Of a stretch of DNA of 64,000 bases, positions 27,488-37,070 are shown one piece after another; position 1 is the stretch's first letter, and each line of letters begins with the position of its first letter. The notes beneath the pieces are model-generated. The model did no database searches. It was not told the DNA's origin and worked only from the letters and a program-made list of their open reading frames with translations. The stretch comes from an uncultured Candidatus Saccharibacteria bacterium. Lineage in GTDB: Bacteria; Patescibacteriota; Minisyncoccia; Minisyncoccales; JAGMDC01. Location of the stretch: contig CAZTQA010000002.1 in the NCBI GenBank assembly GCA_964615205.1, forward strand, positions 53,286 to 117,285. Reading direction: 5' to 3'. The position numbers and the translations under genes were made by a program.

Positions 27488-29164
27488 TTATTTTAGTCTT
27501 TCTTTGATATCCTTAATTTCTTTTTCAATTTTTTCCCTACTAATCCGTAAGGCCTCACTAATATGTTGATAAGCCTTTTTTTCCTGTTCGTTAAAACCTG
27601 GCTGATTGTCAACCATTTCAATCCTTTTAACTACCTCCTTTTCCAAAGAATCAAAGTTCTTTTTAAGCGATTGTTCTGCCTCCCAGGCCTCTCTCGTCAG
27701 TATCTTTTTATTCTTCTGATTCTTGCCATAAAAATATAGCATTAGGGCCATTCCAATAATCAAAATTATGAAGAAAACTAAAGACAGGTTCTTAAAACTA
27801 ATCATTAACTGTCCGAGAATAATTCCATTAAAGAAAACTTCTATTTTCTTTTCTTCTGAATAATTACTAATGGCTCCTCTTTGGTCTTGGGCCATAACAT
27901 ATAAAGAATAAATGCCTGGCTTTAACAGTTCCTTAGTGGAAAAGGACCACTCCCCCTGCTCATCACTTGGAATTATCCATTGCTTTACTTCCTGATTATC
28001 TTTTTTAAGCAAAATGACGATTTCAACATTGAACAAAGAGCTACCCTGAAGATAAAAAGTTTCTTCTCCAGCCATATACTCTTCCGGCCAGACAATAATT
28101 TGAGGAGTTTCTAATGGCTCTATGTTTATAAGCGATTCAGTTTGAGCAATATTGCCAGCCTGATCTATTGCCCTAACAACAATCCGATGGCTGCCCGGCT
28201 CCAATAAAGACAAAGAAACAGAACCAATCTGGGCTAGCATTAAGTCAAAGAAATCGGCCTGGTCTATCTTCACCTTGTAAGCGTTTATGCCTGAAGTTTC
28301 ATCAAAAGTTTCAAAATAGAGATTGGGTTGTGGATTAGTCTGGTCGCCGCTGTTATCAATAGTTATTTCAAAAGAAGAAGGCGGTAAAGTATCAACCTGA
28401 ATCTTGTAATGGCTTGTCTCTAACCAGCCATCATCATTGGCTAATCTTAAATGAAAATACCAAACACCATCATCTAATCCATAATATTTTGTTGACTGAA
28501 TAACGCCCTCTGAAGATTCATCAGGAATTGTTTCTGGATCCTTATCTAAAACAAAGCTTACTTTCTTAATATCCTGGTTTAAGGTCCATTCAAATAAAGG
28601 TGAATTATTGTTATACCAACTGTCCTGCTTAGGATGAGTAGAAGAAAAAATACCAGTTGAGGAAGTTTTTACATCCTCAAAGATAAGATATTTTGCTTTT
28701 TTTAAATAACTTAAAACGTTCGTTCCTTTGCCGTCATCAGCTAAAATTTGGGCATCGCCAAAATTAAGCTCTATATCGCCTTTCTCTTTTGCTTTAAATT
28801 CAATAGTAATTATTTTTCCTTGGCCTTGAAAGCCAGGCGTAGGCAAACCGCCGGCAAAATTTATACTGCCTTTAGTATCAGAAAAGCTTGGTTCTTCTGG
28901 CCAAAGAGAAAAAATAGAATTATCTTTAGAAAGAGAAAGAACCTCTAATTTATCTGTTGGAAAATAGATTACTGCTTGGCTAGCATTAATAGGAATAAAG
29001 TTACTATCAACCATTACTTCTATAGAGAATTTTTCTCCCATCTTAAAACTCTTGCTGGTTGGTGAAAGAAATAAAGAAGCATTGCTGCCTTCAGCTACTG
29101 CAGGCAGTCCGCTAAGTACCACGAATAAGACACTAAATACCGCTAATAATAGATTATTTCTCAT
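27488..29164 (-). CDS. Cohesin-domain surface protein with Ig-like domains and C-terminal TM (copy 4)
   Basis: ASLFLSP...INASQAVIYFP...QILADDGKGTN cohesin-like pattern; SSTHPKQDSWY module. Confidence 0.75.
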   Translation of the reverse strand: MRNNLLLAVFSVLFVVLSGLPAVAEGSNASLFLSPTSKSFKMGEKFSIEVMVDSNFIPINASQAVIYFPTDKLEVLSLSKDNSIFSLWPEEPSFSDTKGSINFAGGLPTPGFQGQGKIITIEFKAKEKGDIELNFGDAQILADDGKGTNVLSYLKKAKYLIFEDVKTSSTGIFSSTHPKQDSWYNNNSPLFEWTLNQDIKKVSFVLDKDPETIPDESSEGVIQSTKYYGLDDGVWYFHLRLANDDGWLETSHYKIQVDTLPPSSFEITIDNSGDQTNPQPNLYFETFDETSGINAYKVKIDQADFFDLMLAQIGSVSLSLLEPGSHRIVVRAIDQAGNIAQTESLINIEPLETPQIIVWPEEYMAGEETFYLQGSSLFNVEIVILLKKDNQEVKQWIIPSDEQGEWSFSTKELLKPGIYSLYVMAQDQRGAISNYSEEKKIEVFFNGIILGQLMISFKNLSLVFFIILIIGMALMLYFYGKNQKNKKILTREAWEAEQSLKKNFDSLEKEVVKRIEMVDNQPGFNEQEKKAYQHISEALRISREKIEKEIKDIKERLK

Positions 29165-30455
29165 ATAATTTATCTTTGATTTCCTTGCTATGATTATTTG
29201 TTTTCTTTTTTATTTCTTCTAAGTTTTTTCTTAATTTTTGTAAGGCCCTATTTTTTCGCCACCATAATAAAATTATTCCTATAACTAAAAGGATAATCGT
29301 CAAAAGTAATAAGATTACTTCATGCCAATTAAGATAAAGATTTAAAATGTTAAGGCCATTTTTGGAAATATAGAAAAATTTTCCAATAGGTATGACTTCA
29401 ATTTTCTGGATGCTGTCTCGGTAATTGCCAGCCGCATCAAATGCCCTAACTATTATCTCATACTCACCAAATTCCAAAGAAGGCATTTTATAAGGAGCAT
29501 TAACTTCTACAAAAAAGATCTCTTTTTGATCTATTAAATCAATATATCTTAACTCATAATGGTTTATTCCAGAAACAGCATCAGTAGTAATAAATCTAAC
29601 AATCGGCTCTTTAGAAACAGAAGCCGGCGAATGTAAAACTGGATCAAAAGACAGTTCAAAATCAGCTGGAGGAGTAGTGTCAACTTGAACAACATAGCGA
29701 CTAATACCGCCCCAAACCTTTCCTTTTTTGGCTTTTATAGAAAAATACCAAATGCCGTCAGCTAAATCACTAAAAGAAACTGAAGTATAATCGCCTTCTG
29801 CTAAATTATCTGGCTCATTATAATAATTAGTACTGATATCATAACTAAAAGCATTGACCAAATCCTCTTTTTCCCAATTAAAAGTAGGATTATTATTTTT
29901 ATACCATTTATTCTGGTCAGGATGAGTTGAAGAAAATACTTTCGGCCCTTCTGGCGGTGGAATAATAAGAGCATAAACTCCTCTGCCCAGAGAACTTAGA
30001 ATATTGGTCCCCTTACCATTATCTAAGAGAATCTGGGAAGAATCTAAAAAAGAAATTTTTGTTTCCCCAGGAGCAATAGCTCTAAAAGTAATAGTAGAAA
30101 CCAAGCCAGAAGAGGTATTAATTCCTGGCGAGGGAATACCGCCCTGAAAAGAAGCAAACCCCTCAATATTAGAATAATTGGGCTGGCTAATCCAAACCGA
30201 AATAAACGATTTGCCAGTTGTTGGACTGGCAATTTGCAGTTTTTTCGGATCAAATTTAAAATCAACTTTTACAGCATTGATATTGTTGTTGCCAGTATTA
30301 ATAAAAACAGAAACATCAAAAGTACTGCCAATATTAAAAGTGCCTTGGCTGGGTGAAAAATATAAAGAAGCACCGGCTCCCTTTACTGCAAAAGGCAATC
30401 CACTGAATATCAGTAATGAAAGAATGAATATCAATAATAAATTAATTTGTTTCAT
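29154..30455 (-). CDS. Cohesin-domain surface protein (copy 3)
   Basis: ASLYFSP...INAVKVDFKFD...ILLDNGKGTN; SSTHPDQNKWY; C-terminal TM. Confidence 0.75.
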   Translation of the reverse strand: MKQINLLLIFILSLLIFSGLPFAVKGAGASLYFSPSQGTFNIGSTFDVSVFINTGNNNINAVKVDFKFDPKKLQIASPTTGKSFISVWISQPNYSNIEGFASFQGGIPSPGINTSSGLVSTITFRAIAPGETKISFLDSSQILLDNGKGTNILSSLGRGVYALIIPPPEGPKVFSSTHPDQNKWYKNNNPTFNWEKEDLVNAFSYDISTNYYNEPDNLAEGDYTSVSFSDLADGIWYFSIKAKKGKVWGGISRYVVQVDTTPPADFELSFDPVLHSPASVSKEPIVRFITTDAVSGINHYELRYIDLIDQKEIFFVEVNAPYKMPSLEFGEYEIIVRAFDAAGNYRDSIQKIEVIPIGKFFYISKNGLNILNLYLNWHEVILLLLTIILLVIGIILLWWRKNRALQKLRKNLEEIKKKTNNHSKEIKDKLYEK

Positions 30456-31639
30456 TTCTTAAGAATTCTCCACATTATTATTATTGGAGTTAGAAACATT
30501 ATTGAAACTACTAAAACGATCAGCCACCAGGAAAAAAGCTTTCCTTTTATCTCCAATCCTTTGTTCTCAATATGGGAAACCAATGGTGTCATCAGTCTAA
30601 AACGGGCTTCAGCTTCTCTGTTATTGCCGGCTTTATCAACTGCTTTTATTATAACATTGTATTTTCCAGCTTTGATAAAAGGTACTTTGTAGGGACTAAT
30701 TTGCTCTGAAAAAAAGGAAGGAAATGTTTCTGGATTACTTAAATCGCTGATACCTACTTCATAATGGTCAACGCCAGAAGCATCATCTTTTGCTTCAAAA
30801 TAGACCATAGTTTGGTAACCAACCAAACGTGAGTAGGTTTCTACTTTAGGACTGAATTCATGGGGTGGCGTTGTATCTATCCTCACAGCCACAGTAGAAG
30901 TTTGACCCCAGACATCGTCTTTTTTCTGGCGGATGTGAAAATACCAAATACCATCTTTGGTACTGGGAAAGGAAATCATGGTTGTTTCTCCCTCGCTCGT
31001 GCCATCTGGCCGGTTGTTAGGATTCTGGTCAAAAATCCATGAAAAATCAGTTGCTCCTTTTTCTTTTTCCCAACTGAAACTTGGACTGGAATCGGTATAC
31101 CAGACGTTAGGATTGGCATGGGTCGGAGAAAAAACTTGAGGACCTTCTGATGCCGGAATTAAAATTTGATACTCGCCATTAATTTTATTAGTCAAAATAT
31201 CAGTTCCTTTGCCATCATTCAAAAGAACCTTGGATCCGTCTTTGAATTTTATCTTCGCTGTTCCTGAAGCAACAGCCCGAAAAGTAATTGCAGAAACCAA
31301 GCCAGCTGAAGTAGTAATGCCTTCCCTCACACCTCCCTGAAAATTGACAATGCCTATTTCGTTGGAATAATTAGGCGGTATAGTCCACTGGGAAACAAAA
31401 GAATCGCCAGTGGTTGGAGAAGTAATTTGCAAAATCTCTGCTGGAAATTCCAGTTCAGCCCAAATCACATTAATATCATTGCCTTCGGTATTTAAAAAAA
31501 TAGAAACCGTAAAAGCACTTCCTACCAAAAAACTACCCGAAGAAGGAGAAAGATAAAGAGAAGAACTTGCACCTTGTGCAATAGTTATTAAGCCAAGACT
31601 AAAGATTATAATAAAAAATATTAAAAATGATTTATTCAT
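30452..31639 (-). CDS. Cohesin-domain surface protein (copy 2)
   Basis: SSLYLSP...VLLNDGKGTD; SPTHANPNVWY; C-terminal TM. Confidence 0.75.
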   Translation of the reverse strand: MNKSFLIFFIIIFSLGLITIAQGASSSLYLSPSSGSFLVGSAFTVSIFLNTEGNDINVIWAELEFPAEILQITSPTTGDSFVSQWTIPPNYSNEIGIVNFQGGVREGITTSAGLVSAITFRAVASGTAKIKFKDGSKVLLNDGKGTDILTNKINGEYQILIPASEGPQVFSPTHANPNVWYTDSSPSFSWEKEKGATDFSWIFDQNPNNRPDGTSEGETTMISFPSTKDGIWYFHIRQKKDDVWGQTSTVAVRIDTTPPHEFSPKVETYSRLVGYQTMVYFEAKDDASGVDHYEVGISDLSNPETFPSFFSEQISPYKVPFIKAGKYNVIIKAVDKAGNNREAEARFRLMTPLVSHIENKGLEIKGKLFSWWLIVLVVSIMFLTPIIIMWRILKK

Positions 31640-32771
31640 TTTTAGAAATTAGAAATTTTTTAAAAATCCAAAAAACCACTAACAAAATGATAATGATTAA
31701 TATAAACAAATAGATAACTTCTGTCTTTTTCTCTGGAATATATTCTGCTATTCTTTCATTGCCTGCCTGGTCAACTGCTTTGACAACAATCTTCGTTTTT
31801 AAATCCTGGTCTTCTAATAAATAGGGACTGGTAATTTTTTTAAAATCCTTATTGCCTTCTTTAATTTCATAATAATCTATTCCTGAAGTTTTATCGGTGG
31901 TGCTAAAACTTAAAAAATACTTTCCTTCAAATATGGCTGGTTCCTGACCAATCTCCAAATTAAATTCTTGAGGCAAAGTATTGTCTATCATTGCCCGATG
32001 AGAAACAGCTTCTGACCAATCTTTGTCCGAAAACTTCTGTTTTAATGTAAAATAATAGATGCCGTCTTCAAGATCCGCGTATTTCATATCACCCACCCAA
32101 AATGATTCATCTCCTTCTGGTTTGTCGGGAATTTCATCTGGCTGGGCTAAAGGATCACGGCTCAAAAGATAGCTGTATTCAGCTTCTTCATTTAAATCCC
32201 AGTGGAGACGAAGAACATTAAACTTTGACCACTCATATTGACTAGGATGAGTATTAGAATATATTTCAACTAAATCTTCTGGTTTTTCAATAATCTCATA
32301 ATCACTCTCAAGAAAATGTAAAGAAGAAACTGTACCTTTACCATCATTTAATAAAACTTGAGAACTATCTTCAAAATCAATTTTAGTTTGAGAAACCTGC
32401 TTAGATTTAAAAACAATTCTGCCAACTAACCCCTGACCATTAAATCCATTAGGCACGCCGGCAATAAAGGATATTTGATTTTTGGAAATACTCGGCTCTT
32501 TAGCCCAGAGGGTTAAGAAAGAACCGCCTTTATTAAATTCAATAAACTCTAACAATTCATCAGGGTAATTTAAATCTATGCCTACGGTATTGATTTCTTC
32601 ATTTTCGGTATCCAGCATCAACTCAAGAATAAAAGAATCATTCTCGTAAACAGTCTGCCCCTGTGGCAGGAAATAAAGAGTAGAAGCTAAAGCTATATCA
32701 GCAATAATAAACAAGAGACAAGTGACAAGGGATAAGTAACAAGTTTTTGATTTTAAACTGTGACTTTTCAT
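31632..32771 (-). CDS. Cohesin-domain surface protein (copy 1)
   Basis: STLYFLP...VLLNDGKGT; SNTHPSQYEW; C-terminal TM. Confidence 0.75.
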   Translation of the reverse strand: MKSHSLKSKTCYLSLVTCLLFIIADIALASTLYFLPQGQTVYENDSFILELMLDTENEEINTVGIDLNYPDELLEFIEFNKGGSFLTLWAKEPSISKNQISFIAGVPNGFNGQGLVGRIVFKSKQVSQTKIDFEDSSQVLLNDGKGTVSSLHFLESDYEIIEKPEDLVEIYSNTHPSQYEWSKFNVLRLHWDLNEEAEYSYLLSRDPLAQPDEIPDKPEGDESFWVGDMKYADLEDGIYYFTLKQKFSDKDWSEAVSHRAMIDNTLPQEFNLEIGQEPAIFEGKYFLSFSTTDKTSGIDYYEIKEGNKDFKKITSPYLLEDQDLKTKIVVKAVDQAGNERIAEYIPEKKTEVIYLFILIIIILLVVFWIFKKFLISKNE

Positions 32772-32808
32772 TTTTGATTTTTGATTATTTTAGTGTAGGT
32801 TGACTACG

Positions 32809-33753
32809 TCAACCTGTCCAAAAGTACATCATAATGCTAAAGTCTGTCAAATTAACTATACCATCTTTATTTTGGTCAGCACAGGTATTGGATTTTCCCC
32901 ACCAATAAAGCAAAATGCTGAAATCAACCATATTGACTTTGTTGTCATGATTAAGATCAACTCCTGAACAAGGATGGGCTTCCATATAAAAACTTAATTC
33001 ATTGGAAAATTCACTCACCAAACCTTGAGGAGAAACAACTTTGGCTTTAACTGAATAATTACCTTCTTTGCTTAAAACACTTGAATCAAAAGAATAAAGC
33101 CATTTTCCTTTCTCGTCGGCTTGAACGGTTTTAGAAATATTGGCTAAGGAATTAATAAAAACAGTCATTTCAGATTCGGACGCGCTATAACCAAAGATAT
33201 CCAAATCTCCCCCCTGGTAAATATTATTTGCGTTTAGTTCAATAGTGGGCGGGAAAAATATGTTTGAGAAAGTAGTTGTAGTATCTCTATTGAGAGAAAT
33301 AGTAAAATTTAAAGTGGGTGATTTTCTATTTTCTTCATCTTCTGCATATAAACCAAACTGCCAAACGCCTACCGGAATTCCAGTTAATTTCAAAGAAAAA
33401 TTTCCTGAAGAGTCAGCTAATCCAGTTTTAGCCACCACATTGTTTCTCATAACAGCAATAAAAGCATTGGGGTAAGCTGCTCCTTTGAACACAACATTGG
33501 CATAATAGGTTATTGTTCCGCTAACGCTCCCGCCTCCAGAAGGCGGAGGCGTTGGTGCGCCGCCCTCAACAGTAGCTGAAACACTCATCCCGCTTTCAAC
33601 TGGCTGGGCTTGAATTTTTTGACTAAAAACAAAAATAGTAAAGAAAACTAAAAATAATAAAAAAACGGTTCTTATGGATAAAAAAAACCGCCAAAAGGAA
33701 AAACTTTTTTTATAATTCAAAAAATTGTTTGTTTTTTTGTTTAAAGGAAACAT
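32809..33753 (-). CDS. Ig-like domain protein with C-terminal dockerin
   Basis: Duplicated Ca-binding loops DLNHDNKVNMVDFSILL and DQNKDGIVNLTDFSIMM. Confidence 0.82.
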   Translation of the reverse strand: MFPLNKKTNNFLNYKKSFSFWRFFLSIRTVFLLFLVFFTIFVFSQKIQAQPVESGMSVSATVEGGAPTPPPSGGGSVSGTITYYANVVFKGAAYPNAFIAVMRNNVVAKTGLADSSGNFSLKLTGIPVGVWQFGLYAEDEENRKSPTLNFTISLNRDTTTTFSNIFFPPTIELNANNIYQGGDLDIFGYSASESEMTVFINSLANISKTVQADEKGKWLYSFDSSVLSKEGNYSVKAKVVSPQGLVSEFSNELSFYMEAHPCSGVDLNHDNKVNMVDFSILLYWWGKSNTCADQNKDGIVNLTDFSIMMYFWTG

Positions 33754-33761
33754 TCATTATT

Positions 33762-34703
33762 TTAAACAGATGTCTTTTCTCCCTTCACCAATACCTTCAC
33801 AGCCAGTTTCCATCTCTTTCTGGTTTTAAAGAAAAAGATAAAAATAAGCGCTAAGCCAACAACAATTCCCAAGATTATCTTCCAGGGCAAAACCCAGAAA
33901 GTGATAACGCGAGAATCTATATTCTGGTTGGACACCCCGTAGACCCCGAAGATAGTGGCTGTATATTTCCCAAACAGCCATTTAGTGTCCCATTCTGCCT
34001 TAATCTTTCTGACAGCTCCCGGCATAACATTTTCCTGCGGAAATTCCAGTTCTTTAACATTATTGTTAAACCAGTTAGCAATCACTATATATCCTTTTGG
34101 CTTGACATGAACAGTTCCCTTGTTTTCAAATCTTATTTCAAAGGCCACGGGCCCGTACTCTTGGAAGGAAGATGTTGAAAAATCTTTCACGCTAAGTTTC
34201 TCTTTTAAATCCCCTGCCACCATTAATAGAACAAGACTTCCTGTTTTTGTTGAAATGACAGCTCCGGTTCCATCTTCCTGCATAGAACCGGTTATTCCTA
34301 CTAAAACAGAACCGTATTTTCCGCCTGGCTCTGCATTTTGAGGTACTTCTATTATGAAATTAACTGTTTGGTCTCCTTTCCCTTCTAAGGTAAACTCTTC
34401 TGGTGTTATGGTTATCCATTTGCGGAGAGAATAGGTTGTGTCTTCTTCCTGTTCAGAGGTGGTGACTACCCGCCCCTCTTCTCCTATGGCCACAAAGTTT
34501 TCTGCCTCCATTTTTATAGAAATAGCCGCGTCTGAAAAATTAGACACTTTTAGTGTATTGGCAATTATATCTCCTGGATTGGCTGTAAGTTCAAAAGTCA
34601 AAGGAGAAACTGTAACGCCCGGCCCCTGGGCATTAACCTGAAAAGCTAAAACCAATCCTATAAGACCTACACTTATTAAAATTAATGATTTTTCCCAATT
34701 CAT
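33762..34703 (-). CDS. DUF916-like (WxL-partner / chaperone-like) membrane-anchored protein
   Basis: VTVSPLTFEL...VPQNAEPGGKYGSV...FENKGTVHVKPKG; C-terminal FWVLPWK plus TM; ATG at 34703 preferred. Confidence 0.7.
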   Translation of the reverse strand: MNWEKSLILISVGLIGLVLAFQVNAQGPGVTVSPLTFELTANPGDIIANTLKVSNFSDAAISIKMEAENFVAIGEEGRVVTTSEQEEDTTYSLRKWITITPEEFTLEGKGDQTVNFIIEVPQNAEPGGKYGSVLVGITGSMQEDGTGAVISTKTGSLVLLMVAGDLKEKLSVKDFSTSSFQEYGPVAFEIRFENKGTVHVKPKGYIVIANWFNNNVKELEFPQENVMPGAVRKIKAEWDTKWLFGKYTATIFGVYGVSNQNIDSRVITFWVLPWKIILGIVVGLALIFIFFFKTRKRWKLAVKVLVKGEKTSV

Positions 34704-34741
34704 TTTAATGGGTTTTCTTAGCAAAAAACTGACCTAAAGTC

Positions 34742-34779
34742 AACCCTTAATCCTCCACTAAAGTAAAGAATCAAGGGTT
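34742..34779 (-). terminator. 18-bp stem-loop downstream of the putative major subunit gene
   Basis: AACCCTTGATTCTTTACT-TT-AGTGGAGGATTAAGGGTT pairs fully with G-U wobbles on the coding strand. Confidence 0.65.
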
Positions 34780-34804
34780 AAGCTTTAAAATTTAAAAGAA
34801 TGAC

Positions 34805-35890
34805 TTAATAGGTCGGCGTAGCAATAAAAACAAGGGTATCAGTATAAGTTCCAGCTGGAGTAGTTGCGGCAATGGCTGCATACAAAGCCACCTCAACAAT
34901 ACCGCTGCTGACAACCCCGGATGCAGAAGCAATTTCCTGGTTGCTGGTGCTTATTATCCCAGTAGCAGTCTCATCTGCGAACGTATTTTCAGTTAAAGTA
35001 GTTCCACTGGAAGTATATAAAGCATATCCCTCTGTTCCATCCGCAATATCATTTGCATTGTCAGCTTCAATTAACTCCGTTGTACTAGAACAGTATAATC
35101 CTGCATTTGTTGTACCGTCACCCGTGCTCCTAGCCGTAACTGAAACTCCACCACCACCATTTGATGAAACAGTAAGCTGGAAAGGAGAAGAATTAGAACT
35201 AGTATCACCAGCTGCATTTTTAGTAGCCCAGGTATCATCTGTAGCTCCACCTGTCCAGGTTCCAAAACCAACAGCGTAATCGTCACATGAGAAAGTCAGA
35301 TATTCCTCAACGGTTCCAGTAACTCCTACCCCGGCAAGCATGGCAACCCGAGCTGCTCCAGATTCATCTGATGTTGTTACAGTAACAGAACAAACATTAC
35401 TGTCGTCTCCTGTACCGCAAGTGGCTGTTGCCGGGTTTGTGATATGGGCTGTTCCTCCTGCTACCGAACCAATCTCTATAGTAATCGGTTCCTCATCAGC
35501 AATAGTTGTTCCAGTACAAAGAGTAAAAGTAATCGTGCTTGTTCCTATTCCAGTAACACCCAGTTCATCATCAACACAAGCGCCTTCGTCAAGAGTATAA
35601 TCATCTGAATCATCAGCAATGTCTATATCTGCAAAAACCACGCTAGCAACATTAAAATCGGCTTCAAAGGCAACTTGTATGGTATCACTGTCTGTTAAAG
35701 CACCAGCTTTAATAGTGAAAGCAATCGTGTGATCTGAAGCAGTGCCAAACCGCGAATCTGATAATGTGTCTTTGACGCTGGCTAAAGTGGCTTCTGCGTT
35801 TTCAGTAATTAATAAAAACGAGAACACCAAAGTACCCATGCAAACAAGCGCAATAATTTTTTTACTTAATTTTTTTACCTTTTCTGGCAT
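34805..35890 (-). CDS. Secreted WxL/pilin-like structural subunit
   Basis: Signal peptide; T/G/A/D-rich; C-terminal TTPAGTYTDTLVFIATPTY strand; ATG at 35890 preferred. Confidence 0.6.
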   Translation of the reverse strand: MPEKVKKLSKKIIALVCMGTLVFSFLLITENAEATLASVKDTLSDSRFGTASDHTIAFTIKAGALTDSDTIQVAFEADFNVASVVFADIDIADDSDDYTLDEGACVDDELGVTGIGTSTITFTLCTGTTIADEEPITIEIGSVAGGTAHITNPATATCGTGDDSNVCSVTVTTSDESGAARVAMLAGVGVTGTVEEYLTFSCDDYAVGFGTWTGGATDDTWATKNAAGDTSSNSSPFQLTVSSNGGGGVSVTARSTGDGTTNAGLYCSSTTELIEADNANDIADGTEGYALYTSSGTTLTENTFADETATGIISTSNQEIASASGVVSSGIVEVALYAAIAATTPAGTYTDTLVFIATPTY

Positions 35891-35993
35891 TTTTTTAGAA
35901 AAATTTAATCTTGCCTGCCGACCTTTTAATTTTAAACAGGCACATAAACACAATCATTAGATTATATCATAAAAGAAAAGATAAAAGAAAGTG

Positions 35994-37070
35994 TCAATCT
36001 GTGGAAAACTTTTTTCTTGTTAAAATGACTTTCGCGGCTGCTCTAATTCTTTTCCTCATTAAGATCAAAATGACAAGGACAAAAAGAATTATTAGGAAAA
36101 TTTTCCATGGGAAAATCCAAAAGCTGATATACTTGTCTATCTGGTTATTTCCAAAATTCATTATTAAATGGGCTTGAAATTTGCCCCAAAGTAAATTTCT
36201 AGAAATAAAATTAGAAATAGTTTCTGGCAGATATTTAGCAATTTTTTCTGAAAGCGAAGCTTTGAATTCAACCGGAAATCTGCGGATTTTGCCAGGCATA
36301 ATAGTGGTTTCAGCCACAATTGTTTCCCCTACTGTTCTGCCAGTCCAGGAAGTAATAACTAATTTGCCTTCTGGCTTGATATGGAAAAGGTCATTATTTT
36401 GAATACGCAAAGTAAAAGGCAGTTCGCTGGCACTGACAATAAAAAAAGGTTTTTCTTCCTTGGCTAAAGCTTTGGCAAACAGGCCGCTGGCGCTGGCTAA
36501 AGCATTTTCTAATTTCTGAAGATGGAAGTTTTCAGGAATATTAAACTCAACCACAGTTAAGGGTTCTGATGATCTTTGTTTGTCTTTCATATCAACGGAA
36601 AGCAGAAATAAAACACCAATTTCAGGAACAGCTTTAACTGTTTTATTTTCAAAGTAATAAGAAGGCAGTTTGGGTCCAAATAAGATAGTAACATAATATC
36701 CTCCAGCATTTACTTCTTGAGGGATATTGATTTCAAACTTAACTTTTTCTGACTGGTGGGGCTCTAAAATAAAATAAGGGTTTTCAATTTCAAACCAATC
36801 CCGCGGATTAACAGCTGTTTCCTCTGGAAAATCTATAGCTCCTTCCTCGCCCACTGCTTCAAAGTTAATTGTTTTGGCTTCAAAGGGTATGCTTAGATCG
36901 CTTTTATTTAACAAATAAATCCTGTCCTGATAATTCTGGCCTTTTTCCAACTCCAACTCAAAAATCGGCGGAGAGACAAAGATGTTTATTCCCTCATTAG
37001 CATGACATATTCCGTTAATGGATATTAACACCAAACTAACTAAAATTATTTTTAATATTGTGCTGTGCAT
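35994..37070 (-). CDS. Second DUF916-like membrane-anchored protein
   Basis: IFVSPPIFEL...IPQEVNAGGYY...HIKPEG; FWIFPWK plus TM; paralogue of 33762-34703. Confidence 0.7.
   Translation of the reverse strand: MHSTILKIILVSLVLISINGICHANEGINIFVSPPIFELELEKGQNYQDRIYLLNKSDLSIPFEAKTINFEAVGEEGAIDFPEETAVNPRDWFEIENPYFILEPHQSEKVKFEINIPQEVNAGGYYVTILFGPKLPSYYFENKTVKAVPEIGVLFLLSVDMKDKQRSSEPLTVVEFNIPENFHLQKLENALASASGLFAKALAKEEKPFFIVSASELPFTLRIQNNDLFHIKPEGKLVITSWTGRTVGETIVAETTIMPGKIRRFPVEFKASLSEKIAKYLPETISNFISRNLLWGKFQAHLIMNFGNNQIDKYISFWIFPWKIFLIILFVLVILILMRKRIRAAAKVILTRKKFSTD

Noticed and set aside
27488-33753. Cellulosome
   Set aside because: One cohesin per protein, and the dockerin is on a non-catalytic Ig-like protein; the nearby GH genes carry no dockerin
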